The position numbers were made by a program, and so were the translations under genes. 64,000 nucleotides of DNA from Pristiophorus japonicus (lineage: Eukaryota), in the NCBI RefSeq assembly GCF_044704955.1, contig NC_091979.1, positions 320,974,001 through 321,038,000 of the forward strand. Direction: 5' to 3'. The notes beneath the pieces were generated by a model. It did no database searches. It was not told the origin of the DNA and saw only the letters and a list, made by a program, of their open reading frames with translations. Position 1 is the stretch's first letter. Each line of letters begins with the position of its first letter. Shown here one piece after another: positions 36,855 to 49,939 of this stretch.

Positions 36855-37638
36855 GGGAACTGAAATTGCCCTGGGCTGGTTTTGGGGCTGTCATTTCGCA
36901 AAAAGTGATTTTTTGTTTTTGCGCTGGCGCGGATTTGGGCTCTTTGATCCATAAAAATGTTGCCTGCGGTAACGGAGCGTTCTCCCAGCGTTCGCACAGC
37001 ACCCGTGGGGCCCAGCGCTCAGCACCGCACTCAGCACATCTGCGCCGTGCTGATGTGCTGCGTCACGCTGACGCCTCAGAACGTCCCTTCCCTTTCCCTT
37101 GCGAACTCTGCAGCCTCTTTAATGGCGCCCCTGGACCACCAGCGAGGGTGTTGGCCAGGCTGGCGCCCAAGAGGCGGGGGGGGGGGGGGGGGGGCGGGGG
37201 GGTGCCAGTCAGTATGTCGGTGGCCCGGCCACACCATCGGCCGCCATTGTCGGGCCGACTGAAACGTCGGTCCGACAGATAAAAGATGGCATTGGCCGTG
37301 CTACCACCTCCCCTTTAAGGGTGGCCGGGGAGCCGCAGCCACCATAGCTTCACGCACCGAGAAGCTGTCAGTGGCATCGCCCCTCACTGACCTCACGTCC
37401 TGCGAGAGAATTTCCCCTGAGGGGCGCATGGGGGATCGCCGTGGGCCGGTAAGGGGTTGGCATGCCGCGGTGTGCTAATCGCGGGTCGCGGTGCAAACCA
37501 CTTTTCGCCGGCCGAGCGCCAAGAACAATTCTGCGCCGTTCGATGTGGTTGCCGCACCAGAGTGCAACTCATTAGCTCTCCGTTGGGGCCCCACCAGCAG
37601 TGCTAACTGGCCCTGCTCAAAAGGACACTTTTGGCCCC
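36855..37638. mobile_element. GC-rich putative Harbinger-type non-autonomous element
   Basis: The ends GGGAACTGAAATTGCCC and GGACACTTTTGGCCCC resemble the GGGGCCGAAATT TIR family. The interior is CpG-rich like the 40609-41074 element. Confidence 0.5.
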
Positions 37639-37942
37639 TACATGTGGTGTCTACCCCACAGGACAGACCTGCTGCAACATCAGGTTCTATTCTACGCCTG
37701 CCACCAGCAGGTTTCCAATTGACAGCTTGGCTGCTGAGAGAGAGAGAGAGAGAACGCTTATTTGTTCACTTGTAGTGAATGTTCTATTTGCATTATGCGA
37801 ACCATCCATGAATAGAGCCTACAATGTGAATTGAAATAAATTTCTTAAACGGTTTCCTCTTTTGAAAAAAAATAGTCTGCTTTCTCTTGGTTTATCTTCT
37901 ATTCTTAAGTGCCTTCCAGTTTTTTTTATCCAGCAGTTGATC

Positions 37943-39770
37943 CATAGAATCATAGAAGTTTACAGCATGGAAGGAGGCCATTTCGGCCCATCGTGTCTGT
38001 GCCGGCCAACAATAGGCTATCCAGCCTAATCCCACTTTCCAGCTCTAGGTCCGTAACCCTGCAGGTTACGGCCCTTCAAGTGCACATCCAAGTACTTTTT
38101 GAATGTGGTGAGGGTTTCTACTTCTACTACCCTTTCAGGCAGTGAGTTCCAGACCCCCACAACCCTCTGGGTGAAGAAATTTCCCCTCAAATCCCCTCTA
38201 AACCTTCTGCCAATTACTTTGAATTTATGCCCCCTAGTTGTTGACCCCTCTGCTAAGGGAAATAGGCCCTTGCTATCATGAGGTCTCCCCTCAGCCTCCT
38301 CTGTTCCAAGGAAATCAAATCCAGCCTATCCAATCTGTCCTCATAGCTAAGATTCTCCATTCCAGGCAACATCCTCGTAAATCTCCTCTGTACCCTCTCC
38401 AGTGCAATCACGTCCTTCCTGTAATACGGTGACCAGAAATGCACGCAGTACTCCAGCTGTGGCCTAACTAGTGTTTTATACAGTTCGAGCATAACCCCCC
38501 TGCTCTTGTATTCTGTGCCTCGGCTAATAAAGGCAAGCATTCCGTATGCCTTCTTAACCACCTGGTCTGCTACTTTCATGGATCTGTGGACCTGCACTCC
38601 AAGGCCCCTTTGTTCCTCTACACTTTTCAGTGTCTTACCATTTAATGTGTATTCCCTTTCCTTGTTAGCCCTCCCCAAATGCATTACCTCACACTTCTCT
38701 GGATTAAATTCCATTTGCCACTGTTCTGCCCACTGACCAGTTAATTGATATCTTCCTGCAGTCTGCAACTTTCCTCTTCATTATGAACCACACAGCCGAT
38801 TTTAGTATCATCTGCAAACTTCTCAATCAAACCTCCTATATTCAAGTCTAGATCATTGATGTATATCACAAAAAGCAAGGGACCTAGCACTGAGCCCTGC
38901 GGAACCCCACTGGAAACATCCTTCCAGTCACAAAAACACCCATCAATCATTACCCTTTGCTTCCTGCCTCTGAGCCAATTTTGGATCCAACTTGCCACTT
39001 TGCCCTGGATCCCATGGGCTTTTACTTTCATGACCAGTCTGCCATGTGGGACCTTATCAAAAGCTTTGCTAAAATCCATATACACTACATCGACCCCTCC
39101 TGGTTACCTCCTTGAAAAAGTCAATCAATTTAGTCAGACATGACCTTCCCTTAACAAATCCATGCTGACTGTCCTTGATTAATTCGTGCCTTTCTAAGTG
39201 AAGATTTATCCTGTCCTTCAGGATTTTTTCCAATAATTTTCCCACCACTGAGGTTTGGCTGACTGGCCTGTAATTACTCGGTCTATCCCTTTCTCCCTTA
39301 AACAAAGGTACAACATTAGCAGTCCTCCAGTCCTCTGGCACCATACCTGAAGCCAAAGAGGATTGGAAAATGGTCAAAGCCTCTGCTATTTCCTCTTGTT
39401 TTGCTTAACAGCCTGGAATACATTTCACCCAGACCTGGGAACTTATCCACTTTCAAAGCTGCTGAGCCCTTTAATACATCCTCTCTCAGTATTTTTATTT
39501 CATCTAATATTTCACACTCCTCCTCGATAGCAATGTCTGCATCGCCCCTCTCTTTTGTGAAAACAGACGCAAAGTATTCATTAAGAACCATACCCACATC
39601 TTCCGCCTCCACACACACATTACCCTCATGGTCTCTAATAGGCCCCACTCTTTCTCTAGTTAGCCTCTTGCTCTGAATGTATTTATAAAACATCTTTGAG
39701 TTTTCCTTGATTTTACTTGCCAAGAATTTTTCATGCTCTCTCTTTGCTTTCCTAATATCCTTTTGAAGTT
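37943..39770 (-). mobile_element. CR1 LINE (different subfamily), 3' half
   Basis: DFSKAFDKVPH, SGVPQGSVLGP and WQMEFNPEKCEV motifs. CATAGAAT tail. Confidence 0.9.
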
Positions 39771-40608
39771 CAGCTCCATTTGCTTTTAGCTGGCAGCAGT
39801 TTGCTTTCCCTGACCCTTCTAGTTTATTAGAAAAACATCTGCTTGTTTCATGAAGGCAATCGGGAAGGCTTACATCCCAATATCCAGCTCTTGTCCCAAA
39901 TTGGGAATTAGACCGAGTCATCCAAAACCGGTGCAGCCTCCTTGTGATCGGACTGAGATCCATCTTGTTGCACATTATAAAATTTGAACGATAATGAGGT
40001 AAATGGCATAAGTTAGTTTTCCTAGTACAGGGCCTCACTTGATGGGAGGTCAGATGGAACAGTGATGTGTGAAAGTTAGTGGGCTAGATTTGTGGTGAAT
40101 TTTCCAATTGTGAACAGTCTGTCAGCATGGCGATATCTGCCTATTGGAGAGATGAAGGGCTAAAGATTCAGTTCCGTAGTGCCCCTTGTTTGGGTGCTAC
40201 AGGTGCCGAATTGGCTCGAAAATGGCGTCCGAGCAGCGTGCACACACTTTTGGTGAGGGCATAGCATCGGCGTTGGGAGCGCGTGGTGTAAACATGCACG
40301 GTGGGCAGATTGTGACGTCAGTCAGTGTGTCACGTTAATTTGACGCCACGCTGCTATTCGAACTCAACGTTGGAGCTAATGCCCTTTCTTAACCGTGCGC
40401 AGCAGGTAAGACCCACAATCAGTGCTGTTTATAGGGATCATTACCTACTTGCAGGTTAGTTATTGATTGATTTCTACGAGCTGTTACTGAGTTTGTAGCA
40501 GTGTTTGGTGCTTTCTAGACTTCTTTAAATTTGCCTAACGTCTACAAGGAGTGGTGTGGTACATGTTCAAGGACGTGCTACTGACTTGCAAGGGGTGCTT
40601 CAGACCAG

Positions 40609-41074
40609 GGGGCCGAAATTTCTCCCCTCCCTTAAGGTCCATTACCGCCTCGAAGAGACTCTGAAGTCGGCCCAACAGTGGCGGCCACAGGTTCGGCCGG
40701 GCCGCCAACAGGCAGCCCCGCTCCCCCTCTTGGCTGCCGGACTGCTGGCCAGGCCGAAGCCCTCCCTGATGGCCCATTGGGCACCACTAAAGTGGCTGCA
40801 GAGCTCGCAGCGGCCCTGTCCTCTAACTGAAAGGAAGGGACGTTGCTACGCGTCAGCACGACGTGACATCTCCGCGTCACGCTGATGTGCTCAGTGCGGC
40901 GCTGATGACACCGCCCACCTTCCGCTCTGCAGCCACCCAAAACACCGCCCCGACTGAAACTCAAACAAAAAGAGGGCAAAATCCCTCTATTCTCCGCCCC
41001 AAGGATTGGGGTGGAGAATAATAATTTATTTTGAAAGGTATGCCCGGTTTGGAGCTGAGGCTAATTTCGGCCCC
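40609..41074. mobile_element. Harbinger MITE nested in Harbinger no. 1
   Basis: Perfect 12-bp TIR GGGGCCGAAATT/AATTTCGGCCCC, flanked by CAG and CTG (CWG). Confidence 0.8.
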
Positions 41075-41122
41075 CTGTTCCCAGACATGTGTGTAACAGC
41101 TTGTATCGCCTTGGCTTGCAGC

Positions 41123-42060
41123 ATGACGGAGAATGAGCAGAGGTGTGACACAGTAGGACAAACTGCAAGAAGAGGCAGGACGAGAAGGGCTCTCGGCAGG
41201 AGGCCATATCCACCTAGGGTCTTCAAGCAGCAATTCTCCTACCTTAACCTCAGTGAAGAACAGTGCATACGACGTCTCTGTTTTACTAAGGAGGTGCTCC
41301 CCTGCCACCTGCTGCAGGCAGACTTGCAGCGTCAGTCCAGAGCAGCATTGCCAGTGGCCTTGAAATTCTTCGCGTCAGGGTCCTTACGGGCTAGAGCAGG
41401 CGACATCTGTAACATCTCCCAGTTTACCATCCACTCCTTTTATAAGGGAGGTGAGTGAGGCTCTGTATGCAAGGAGAGCTGAATACATTTCCTTCTCTCT
41501 TGAAAGAGAGAAGCAGGTTGGTGCGAGCATGCAGCTTCACCAGGATAGCCGGCATCTTCATGGTGCGGGATGCCATTGATTGCACGCACATCACTTTGCA
41601 GGCGCCGCATCTCAATTCGGAAATATACAACAACCGGAAGGGATTCCCCTCCCTCAATGTGCAGATGGTGCGCGACCATACACTGCGTATCATGCAAGTC
41701 AATGCTCGTTATCCTGGCAGCAGCCACGATGCTTTAATTCTGCAGCGGTCTGCTGTACCGTCTGTATTTGAGCCACCACAACAAACCAGAGGGTGGCTAC
41801 TGGCTAAGATGCGGGCTATCCGCTGGATCACGACTCTGCTGCACAACCCAACCACATGTGGGCAGCATGGATACAACGAAAGCCATGCTGCCACATGGAA
41901 TCTGATAGCGCAGACCATTGGTATCCTTAAACAATGCTTCCATTGCCTGGACCACTCTGAAGGAGAGCCCTGCAGTACTCACCGGATCGCGTCTCAAATT
42001 TCGTCGTTGTTTGCATGTTCCACAACCTCAAATCATGAGGGCACAGCCCTTGCCAGGAGG
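41123..42060 (+). pseudogene. Harbinger (HARBI1-like DDE) transposase, frameshifted
   Basis: ALKFFASGS..AGDICNISQ, AIDCTHI, NRKGFPSLNVQMV.D, ARYPGSSHDALIL and YNESHAAT.N.I.QTIGILK.CF motifs. Confidence 0.9.
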
Positions 42061-42960
42061 CATACGGCGACCAGCGGAGGAGGGAGGAGGGAGGAGGGAG
42101 GAGGGAGGAGGGAGGAGGGAACCCAGACAGCTCCTTTCTGCCTGGGCTGTCCGCGATCGACTCATCCGACTGCACTACCAGTGAATTCCCCATTCAACAA
42201 TAGTCCCACTATTGCTAACCATCACAGCGTCCTCTTGGTCACAATGCTACAATAAAAGCCACCACAAAACAAACATTCCAAACCAATTTTATGAATCAGA
42301 ACATTACAATATTTCATTCAAAAGTCAACTAATCACCCTCATGCATTTTAATAATGCCTGTCTTCAGAACACACTTGCTTGTACTAGTGCTCCTACGCAG
42401 TGCTACCCCATTGGCTGCAGCATGACTGGTGGAAGGCTGAAGATGGCATTGCAGGACGACCTTGAGCACCTCTGAGCTGTGGAGTGCACCACCTCGGCAT
42501 GGACGGCAGCAGTCTGGGCTGGCTGGCTGACCGGCAACAGCAAGGGCACTGGCAGAGTGGCAGTGGTGGGAGGACGAATACTGTGATCCTGAGAGAGGAC
42601 GGCAGGTTCTTGCTCCACTGAGCCACTGCCACTCCCCCAGGGCAGCGCCTCAGCACTCCTAGCCTTCAGTTGGACAACAGATTGTTGGACTGCTGTGATA
42701 CCCTGCAAGCGTAAACCCAGCCATGATGGCAGCAGTCTGTGCTTATGTTGCAGCAAGCTAAGACATCGGCCATCAGACGTTGCAAGACAGTTGGTTCTTC
42801 AAGTCTGCTAATGGATCAGCCCACCCCTTCCATGATGGAAAGGATGGGTTTCACGCTTTGCAAGGCTAGTGCTGGATTCCTCCATGCTTCTTGATATTGC
42901 ATTCAGGCTTTCTGGCATTTCATGGTGCATACCCATCAGCGTCCTTCTGCAGGCCGACCC

Positions 42961-43518
42961 TCTCGCATCTCTCCCATCTCTCCCTCCGATCTCTCCCTCC
43001 GATCTCTCCCTCCGATCTCTCCCCCTCTCCCTCCCATCTCTCCCCCTCTCCCTCCCATCTCTCCCCCTCTCCCTCCCATCTCTCCCCCTCTCCCTCCGAT
43101 CTCTCCCCCTCTCCCTCCCATCTCTCCCCCTCTCCCTCCCATCTCTCCCCCTCTCCCTCCCATCTCTCCCCCTCTCCCTCCCATCTCTCCCCCTCTCCCT
43201 CCCATCTCTCCCCCTCTCCCTCCCATCTCTCCCCCTCTCCCTCCCATCTCTCCCCCTCTCCCTCCCATCTCTCCCCCTCTCCCTCCCATCTCTCCCCCTC
43301 TCCCCCTCTCCCTCCCATCTCTCCCCCTCTCCCTCCCATCTCTCCCCCTCTCCCTCCCATCTCTCCCCCTCTCCCTCCCATCTCTCCCCCTCTCCCTCCC
43401 ATCTCTCCCCCTCTCCTCCCATCTCTCCCCCTCTCCCTCCCATCTCTCCCCCTCCCTCCCATCTCTCCCCCTCTCCCTCCCATCTCTCCCCTTCCCCTCT
43501 CCCCCTCTCCCTCCCATC
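42961..43518. repeat. ~21-bp pyrimidine-rich tandem repeat (CTCTCCCTCCCATCTCTCCCC)
   Basis: Directly visible in the sequence. It runs into the assembly gap. Confidence 0.95.
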
Positions 43519-44065
43519 NNNNNNNNNNNNNNNNNNNNNNNNNNNNNNNNNNNNNNNNNNNNNNNNNNNNNNNNNNNNNNNNNNNNNNNNNNNNNNNNNN
43601 NNNNNNNNNNNNNNNNNNNNNNNNNNNNNNNNNNNNNNNNNNNNNNNNNNNNNNNNNNNNNNNNNNNNNNNNNNNNNNNNNNNNNNNNNNNNNNNNNNNN
43701 NNNNNNNNNNNNNNNNNNNNNNNNNNNNNNNNNNNNNNNNNNNNNNNNNNNNNNNNNNNNNNNNNNNNNNNNNNNNNNNNNNNNNNNNNNNNNNNNNNNN
43801 NNNNNNNNNNNNNNNNNNNNNNNNNNNNNNNNNNNNNNNNNNNNNNNNNNNNNNNNNNNNNNNNNNNNNNNNNNNNNNNNNNNNNNNNNNNNNNNNNNNN
43901 NNNNNNNNNNNNNNNNNNNNNNNNNNNNNNNNNNNNNNNNNNNNNNNNNNNNNNNNNNNNNNNNNNNNNNNNNNNNNNNNNNNNNNNNNNNNNNNNNNNN
44001 NNNNNNNNNNNNNNNNNNNNNNNNNNNNNNNNNNNNNNNNNNNNNNNNNNNNNNNNNNNNNNNNN
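43519..44065. other. Assembly gap (547 N)
   Basis: Run of N. Confidence 1.
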
Positions 44066-44550
44066 GCTGCAGAATTCTTCCTGGCTGAAGCACTTTCACA
44101 CAGGTAGGAAGGTGGTTTATTTAATCTTTTCTTGGCTTATAAATGTTTATTCAGGTTGGATTTATTTGTATAATATTTGTAGAATTATAAATAAGGATTT
44201 ATTGTCGAATTTAATGAGTTCCCTTCCCCACCTCGTTCTGGACGCCTAATTTGTAACCTGCGCCTGATTTTTTTAATGTGTAGAACAGGTTTTTTCAGTT
44301 CTACAAAAATCTTCACTGGCTCCATTCTACTTTAGTTTGGAGTACATTTTCACTGTGGAAACTTTCAAATCAGGCGTCAGTGGCCGGACACGCCCCCTTT
44401 TGAAGAAAAAATTCTGTTCTAAACTAGAACTGTTCTACCTGACTAGAACTGCAGAAAAAAAAATGTGGAGAATTGCGATTTCTAAAATAGTCCGTTCTCC
44501 ACCAGTTGCTCCTAAAAATCAGGCGCGAATCATGTGGAAAGTTGGGCCCC
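44066..44550. mobile_element. Right half of a MITE related to the 24473-25249 element
   Basis: Ends in GGAAAGTTGGGCCCC, similar to GGAAAATTGAGCCCC, with similar subterminal sequence (GCTCC(T/A)AAAAA). Confidence 0.6.
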
Positions 44551-45172
44551 ACATTTCTCTATATTAAAGTTCATTAGCCAATTAAATGCCGATTCTGCAA
44601 GTTTATTAATGTCTTTGTGTATTTTGTCGCAGTCCTCTTCTGTATTAACACAGCCCCAATTTGGTGTCATCCGCAAATTTTGAAATTATATTTCTGATTC
44701 CAGAGTCCAAATCGTTTATGTAAATGGTGAACACCAATGGTCCCAGCACCGATTTTTGTTGAACACCACTTTCCACCTTTTTGCCTGCCTGAGTAACTAT
44801 CTTTAAACCCTACTCTCGTTAATGTTTTGTAGCCAACTTGCTATCCATTCTACTACGCTTCCCCTGACTCCAGATTATCTGACCTTAGTTATGAGTCTAC
44901 AATGAGTATTAGCCCATGATGATTATTCTATCTCCTTTACTCATTTTGCATATTTGCTTACATATTACTTCCTTCACCTCCTTTCCACTGTTAGGTGATT
45001 TGCAGCACAGCTCCATTATTGTGATCGATCCCTTCTTATCTTTTATTTCAATCCAAAAGGATTCTATTTCTAACCTTCTGTTAATTATGTCGCTTTTTCT
45101 ACTGCCATTATGTTATCTCCAATTAATACAGCTACCCCACCCCTTCCTTCCCTATCCTTTCTGATTATGTTA

Positions 45173-46218
45173 TAATGGCAGGCATTGACTAGTGGAGTGC
45201 TGCAGGGCTCAGTGCTGGGACCCCAGCTATTTACAATATACATTAATGATTTGGATGAGGGAATTGAGTGTAATATCTCCAAGTTTGCAGATGACACTAA
45301 ACTGGGTGGCGGTGTGAGCTGTGAGGAGGATGCTAAGAGGCTGTAGGGTGACTTGGACAGGTTAGGTGAGTGGGCAAACGCATGGCAAATGCAGTATAAT
45401 GTGGATAAAAATGAGGTTATCCACTTTGGTGGCATAAACACGAAGGCAGAATATTATCTGAATGGCGGCAGATTAGGAAAAGGGGAGGTGCAACGAGACC
45501 TGGGTGTCATGGTACATCAGTCATTGAAAGTTGGCATGTAGGTTCAGTAGGCGGTGAAGCAGACAAATGGTATGTTGGCCTTCATAGCGAGAGGATTTGA
45601 GTATAGCAGTAGGGATGTCTTGCTGCAGTTGTACAGGGCCTTGGTGAGACCACACCTTGACTTGAGTATTGTGTGCAGTTTTGGCCTCCTAATCTGAGGA
45701 AGGACATTCTTGCTATTGAGGGAGTGCAGCGAAAGTTCATCAGACTGATTCCTGGGATGGCAGGACTGACATATGAGGAGAGACTGGATCGACTGGGCCT
45801 GTATTCACTGGAGTTTAGAAGGATGAGAGGGGATCTCATAGAAACATATAACATTTTGATGGGACTGGACAGGTTAGATGCAGGAAGAATGTTCCTGAGA
45901 ACGGGGAAGTCCAGAATCAGGGGACATAGTCTAAGGATAAGGGGTAAACTATTTAGGACTGAGATGAGGAGAAACTTCTTCACTCAGAGAGTTGTTAACC
46001 TGTGGAATTCCCTACCGCAGAGAGTTGTTGATGCCAGTTCATTGGATATATTCAAGGGGTAGTTAGATATGGCCCTTACGGCTAAAGGGATCAAGAGGTA
46101 TGGAGAGAAAGCAGGAAAGGGGTACTGAGGTGAATGATCAGCCATGATCATATTGAATGGTGGTGCAGGCTCGAAGGGCCGAATGGCCTACTCCTGCACC
46201 TATTTTCTATGTTTCTAT
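45173..46218 (+). mobile_element. CR1 3' portion inserted among decayed minus-strand CR1 pieces (44551-45170, 46220-47420)
   Basis: RT and 3' motifs plus a tail. The flanks show minus-strand RT, endonuclease (REGRGGVAVL) and ORF1 remnants. Confidence 0.85.
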
Positions 46219-48192
46219 AACCTGCAGTATTTATTTGCCAGTCCTTTTCTTTATGTAGCTATGTTTCAGTTATTCTTACTATATCTGGTTCCTTGCTACG
46301 GATTATTGCCTCCACTTCCCCCGTTTTACTTTTGATGCTGCATACATTGCTGTACTTTGTCTTCAATAATTGTTCCTTTTGCTTTCTTTTTAACAGTCTT
46401 TTCATACTTCTGTTCTATAACGGTATTTGTTCCCTGACTCTTTATGTTACTGTTATTCCTTATCTTGGTCTGACTTTTACTTTTATCTCCTTTTTCTTTT
46501 ATCTTCCGACATGTTATTTTCACCAGATTCCTTCACCTTTCTTACTAGTTTAAAGTCCTATTTACATTCCACGAGGACACTGGTCCCATTCTGGTTCAGT
46601 TGGAGCCCATCCCAGTGGTATAGCTCCTTCCTGTTCTAGTACTGGTGCCAGAGCCCCATGACATGGAACGCCTCCTTCCCACACCAGTCTTTCAACCACA
46701 CATTCACCATCCTGAGCTGCCTATCCCTATGCCAATTAGCACGTGACTCAGGAAGTAATCCCAGCATTACTGACTGTGAGGTACTGTTTTTTTAATTTAG
46801 TTCCTAACTTCTGATATTCCCTTAGCAGTACCTCCTCCCTTTTCTTCCTTATGTCATTGGTTCCAACATGGACTATGACAGCTGGATTCCCCCCCCTTCT
46901 AAGTTTCTCGTTGCTCCGAGATATCTTTTACCTTTGCTTTTACCTTTGCTTCAGTTAGGCAACACACACTCTGGCCTCTCCCTTTAATTATCAAACAGAC
47001 TCTCTATTCTGGTCTTCTTGCCGCTGGCTCCCCTCGCACCTTCTTGGACTGCCTCCTGCTCCGCAGTGCTAAACTTAGTTAGCATTCTGGCTGTCCCTTC
47101 CACATCCTTTGCCCCACAGCTAACAAGTGCATTGTATCTATTGGACAGGACCAGTGTCTGCTGGATCTCCTTCTCTATCTCCCCTTGGTTCCTCTTACCC
47201 TGCTGACTAATAGTCACACTCTCCCCTTGCTTGCACCTGTGCTTTCTTCTGAGGTGTGAATGTTCTCTGGAGAAAACACTCCAAAAATTCCTCCCCCTTC
47301 TGTGTTCGAATGTCTCGCACTCTAGCTCAAAGACTCTGAGCCGGAGTGTACCAGGCCAGAGACATTTACTGTAGGTATGGCAATCCAATTCAGTCTCACT
47401 GTCCACAAACTCCCACATATTAGTGTCGACACATTGTTGGAAAGAACAGGCTTGGTGGGCTGGCTGGCCTTATCCCGTTACAGACTTTCTTATATACCTA
47501 ACAATAGGCTGGCTTTTTATGCAAGTTTGTTTACATAAATTCAGAATCAACTTTCGTGCAGTCTCTGTGTATTTGAATTAACTTACAAATGGGACCATTA
47601 ATAAAATGTTCATGTTGCAGGTCTTTTGGGTATTAGTAAGTGGGAGGTTGTGCTGTTGCAAGTGGGGAATGCTGCAGTGAGGGAATAGTGCATTTTTCTT
47701 CTGACAGAATTTGGAAAGATGTTTTACATAGAATTATATAGAAATAATAACAAAAATAAACAAGCCATTTGGCCCAACCAATTGATGTTTATCCTCCACA
47801 TGAGCAGTAGTCTTAACCCCATGTGCCCGCCCTGCTATCATCTCCTTTCCTTCAACCGCCTATCTAATCAATTCTTAAAAGTTGACATCGTCTCTGCTTT
47901 CATTACTTACTCTGGTAAGTGTATCTTATAGCCTGTCAATCGTCTGTGTAGAAACATTTCTCCTGCTCCCTGTCCTAAATCTTACATTTACTCTTAAGTT
48001 TGTGAGAGATGAGTTTAAAGACATTATTGAAGTGAATGTTTTTGATTGTTTTTTAGAAAATAATGTTCTTCTTCGCCACTGCAAGTAGATAAGCAAAGAA
48101 ATTTGTGCTTTAAATACCAGAATTGGAAATAAATTAATTTGTGCATGTAAAATGGGGGAGCGGGGGGAGGTGGTGATTTAGGAGGAGAACCA

Positions 48193-48960
48193 TGTATCTG
48201 AATGGTGACAGATTAGTAAAAGGGGAGGTGCAACGAGACCTGGGTGTCATGGTACATCAGTCATTGAAGGTTGGCATGCAGGTACAGCAGGCGGTTAAGA
48301 AGGCAAATGGCATGTTGGCCTTCATAGCGAGAGGATTTGAGTATAGGAGCAGGGAGGTCTTGCTGCAGTTGTACAGAGCCTTGGTGAGACCACACCTTGA
48401 GTATTGTGTGCAGTTTTGGTCTCCGAATCTGAGGAAGGACATTCTTGCTATTGAGGGAGTGCAGCGAAGGTTCATCAGACTGATTCCTGGGATGGCAGGA
48501 CTGACATATGAAGAAAGACTGGATCGACCAGGCTTATATATTCACTGGAATTTAGAAGAATGAGAGGACATCTCATAGAAGCATATAAAATTCTGACGGG
48601 ATTGGACAGGTTAGATGCGTGAAGAATTTTCCCGATGTTGGGGAAGTCCAGAACCTGGGGTCACAGTCTAAGGATAAGGGATAAGCCATTTAGGACCGAG
48701 ATGAGGAGAAACTTTTTCACTCAGAGAGTGGTGAACCTGTGGAATTCTCTACCACAGAAAGTTGTTGAGTCCAGTTCGTTGGATATATTCAAAAGGGAGT
48801 TAGATGTGGCCCTTACGGCTAAAGGGATCGAGGGGTATGGAGAGAAGGCAGGAGTGTGGTACTGAAATTGCATGATCAGCCATGATCATATTGAATGGTG
48901 GTGCAGGCTCAAAGGGCCGAATGGCCTCCTCCTGCACCTATTTTCTATGTTTCTATGTTT
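48193..48960 (+). mobile_element. CR1 3' fragment
   Basis: YLNGDRL..QRDLGV and RPHLEYCVQFW motifs. TTTCTATG tail. Confidence 0.92.
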
Positions 48961-49788
48961 GTTGAGTTGAGTGGTGTAAGGATGGGTCAGAGTGATTATT
49001 GATCAGAATTAGACAGAACGCATAGGTCAAAGAACCCAGGCACCTAAATCCAGGCCTACGAGGAGTAAAAAGCAAACTAGAGTAGTAGTCCTCAGAAAGG
49101 ATGCGGAGAGTGACTGGGAAGGCACCTGATTCTGAAACAGTAACTAATTATTTGGCTGATTTAATAAACAATCACTGGTATAAACATCATTAATGTAATG
49201 TACTGTCCAAAATCAATTTGCAAAATGCTCATACTTGTTTGATCCTTTACTTTGTTTTTCATGTTTTTAATCAAAAGAAAAAAATATATATTTATTTTCA
49301 AAACATCAACAATAGTTTCCCGGCCCTGTGCTGACTACTTTCGAATCGCTGGGCAGGGAGAGGGCAGGGTTTACAATGCTTCGTGAGTGCAAAATTGTTA
49401 ATAAATGGTATTGATTATTACTATGTTCATTTACCTATGCATATAGTTTTTAGCTCACCTTTTTTAAAACCCAGAATATACAGGAAGATAGGAAACATAT
49501 GTGAGATTATAGGCAGGTATATGGGGTTTAGTAGTAGTGCAGAGTGGCGAGGTTGTGTGGTTTAACATCAATTATGCATTGCTACCAGACATCATCAATC
49601 TCCAAATAAAGCCACACCCTCGGGCTCTCTGCCCCAATACCCCAACTCAGTGCTCCCAGACCCTAGGATCCATTCCATGGTGCTGGTATAGTCTGAGGCC
49701 CACCTTTCCACTGGTTCCTGACTCTGGAGTTCATCCCACTTCCCAGTGCTTGCAGAGCCAGGAACCACCTGGCTATCTTCGGCATTGA

Positions 49789-49939
49789 GGGCGGAACTTT
49801 ATACTTCGTGGGTGTAAAGTCGGCGATAGTGGATTTTGCCATCCATTATAGATTGACATGATTTTGGGCAGAAGGTTTAATGGTCAGCCAATCCGCTATC
49901 GCCTGTTTTATGCTCTCGCCGATGTTGAAAGTTCTGCCC
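49789..49939. mobile_element. 151-bp Harbinger-type MITE
   Basis: TIR GGGCGGAACTTT/AAAGTTCTGCCC (11/12) with a 3-bp TSD TGA on both sides. Confidence 0.75.

Larger units (their letters stand above)
40157..42960. mobile_element. Decayed autonomous PIF/Harbinger transposon no. 1 (right end lost in the satellite and gap)
   Basis: Transposase on the + strand and partner-gene remnant on the - strand. The left end is approximate (GGGCTAAAGATTCAG). Confidence 0.75.

Noticed and set aside
42808-44249. ORFs of 187-452 aa (Pro/Ser/Leu or Gly/Arg/Glu rich)
   Set aside because: They are artefacts of the CT-rich repeat and the N gap.
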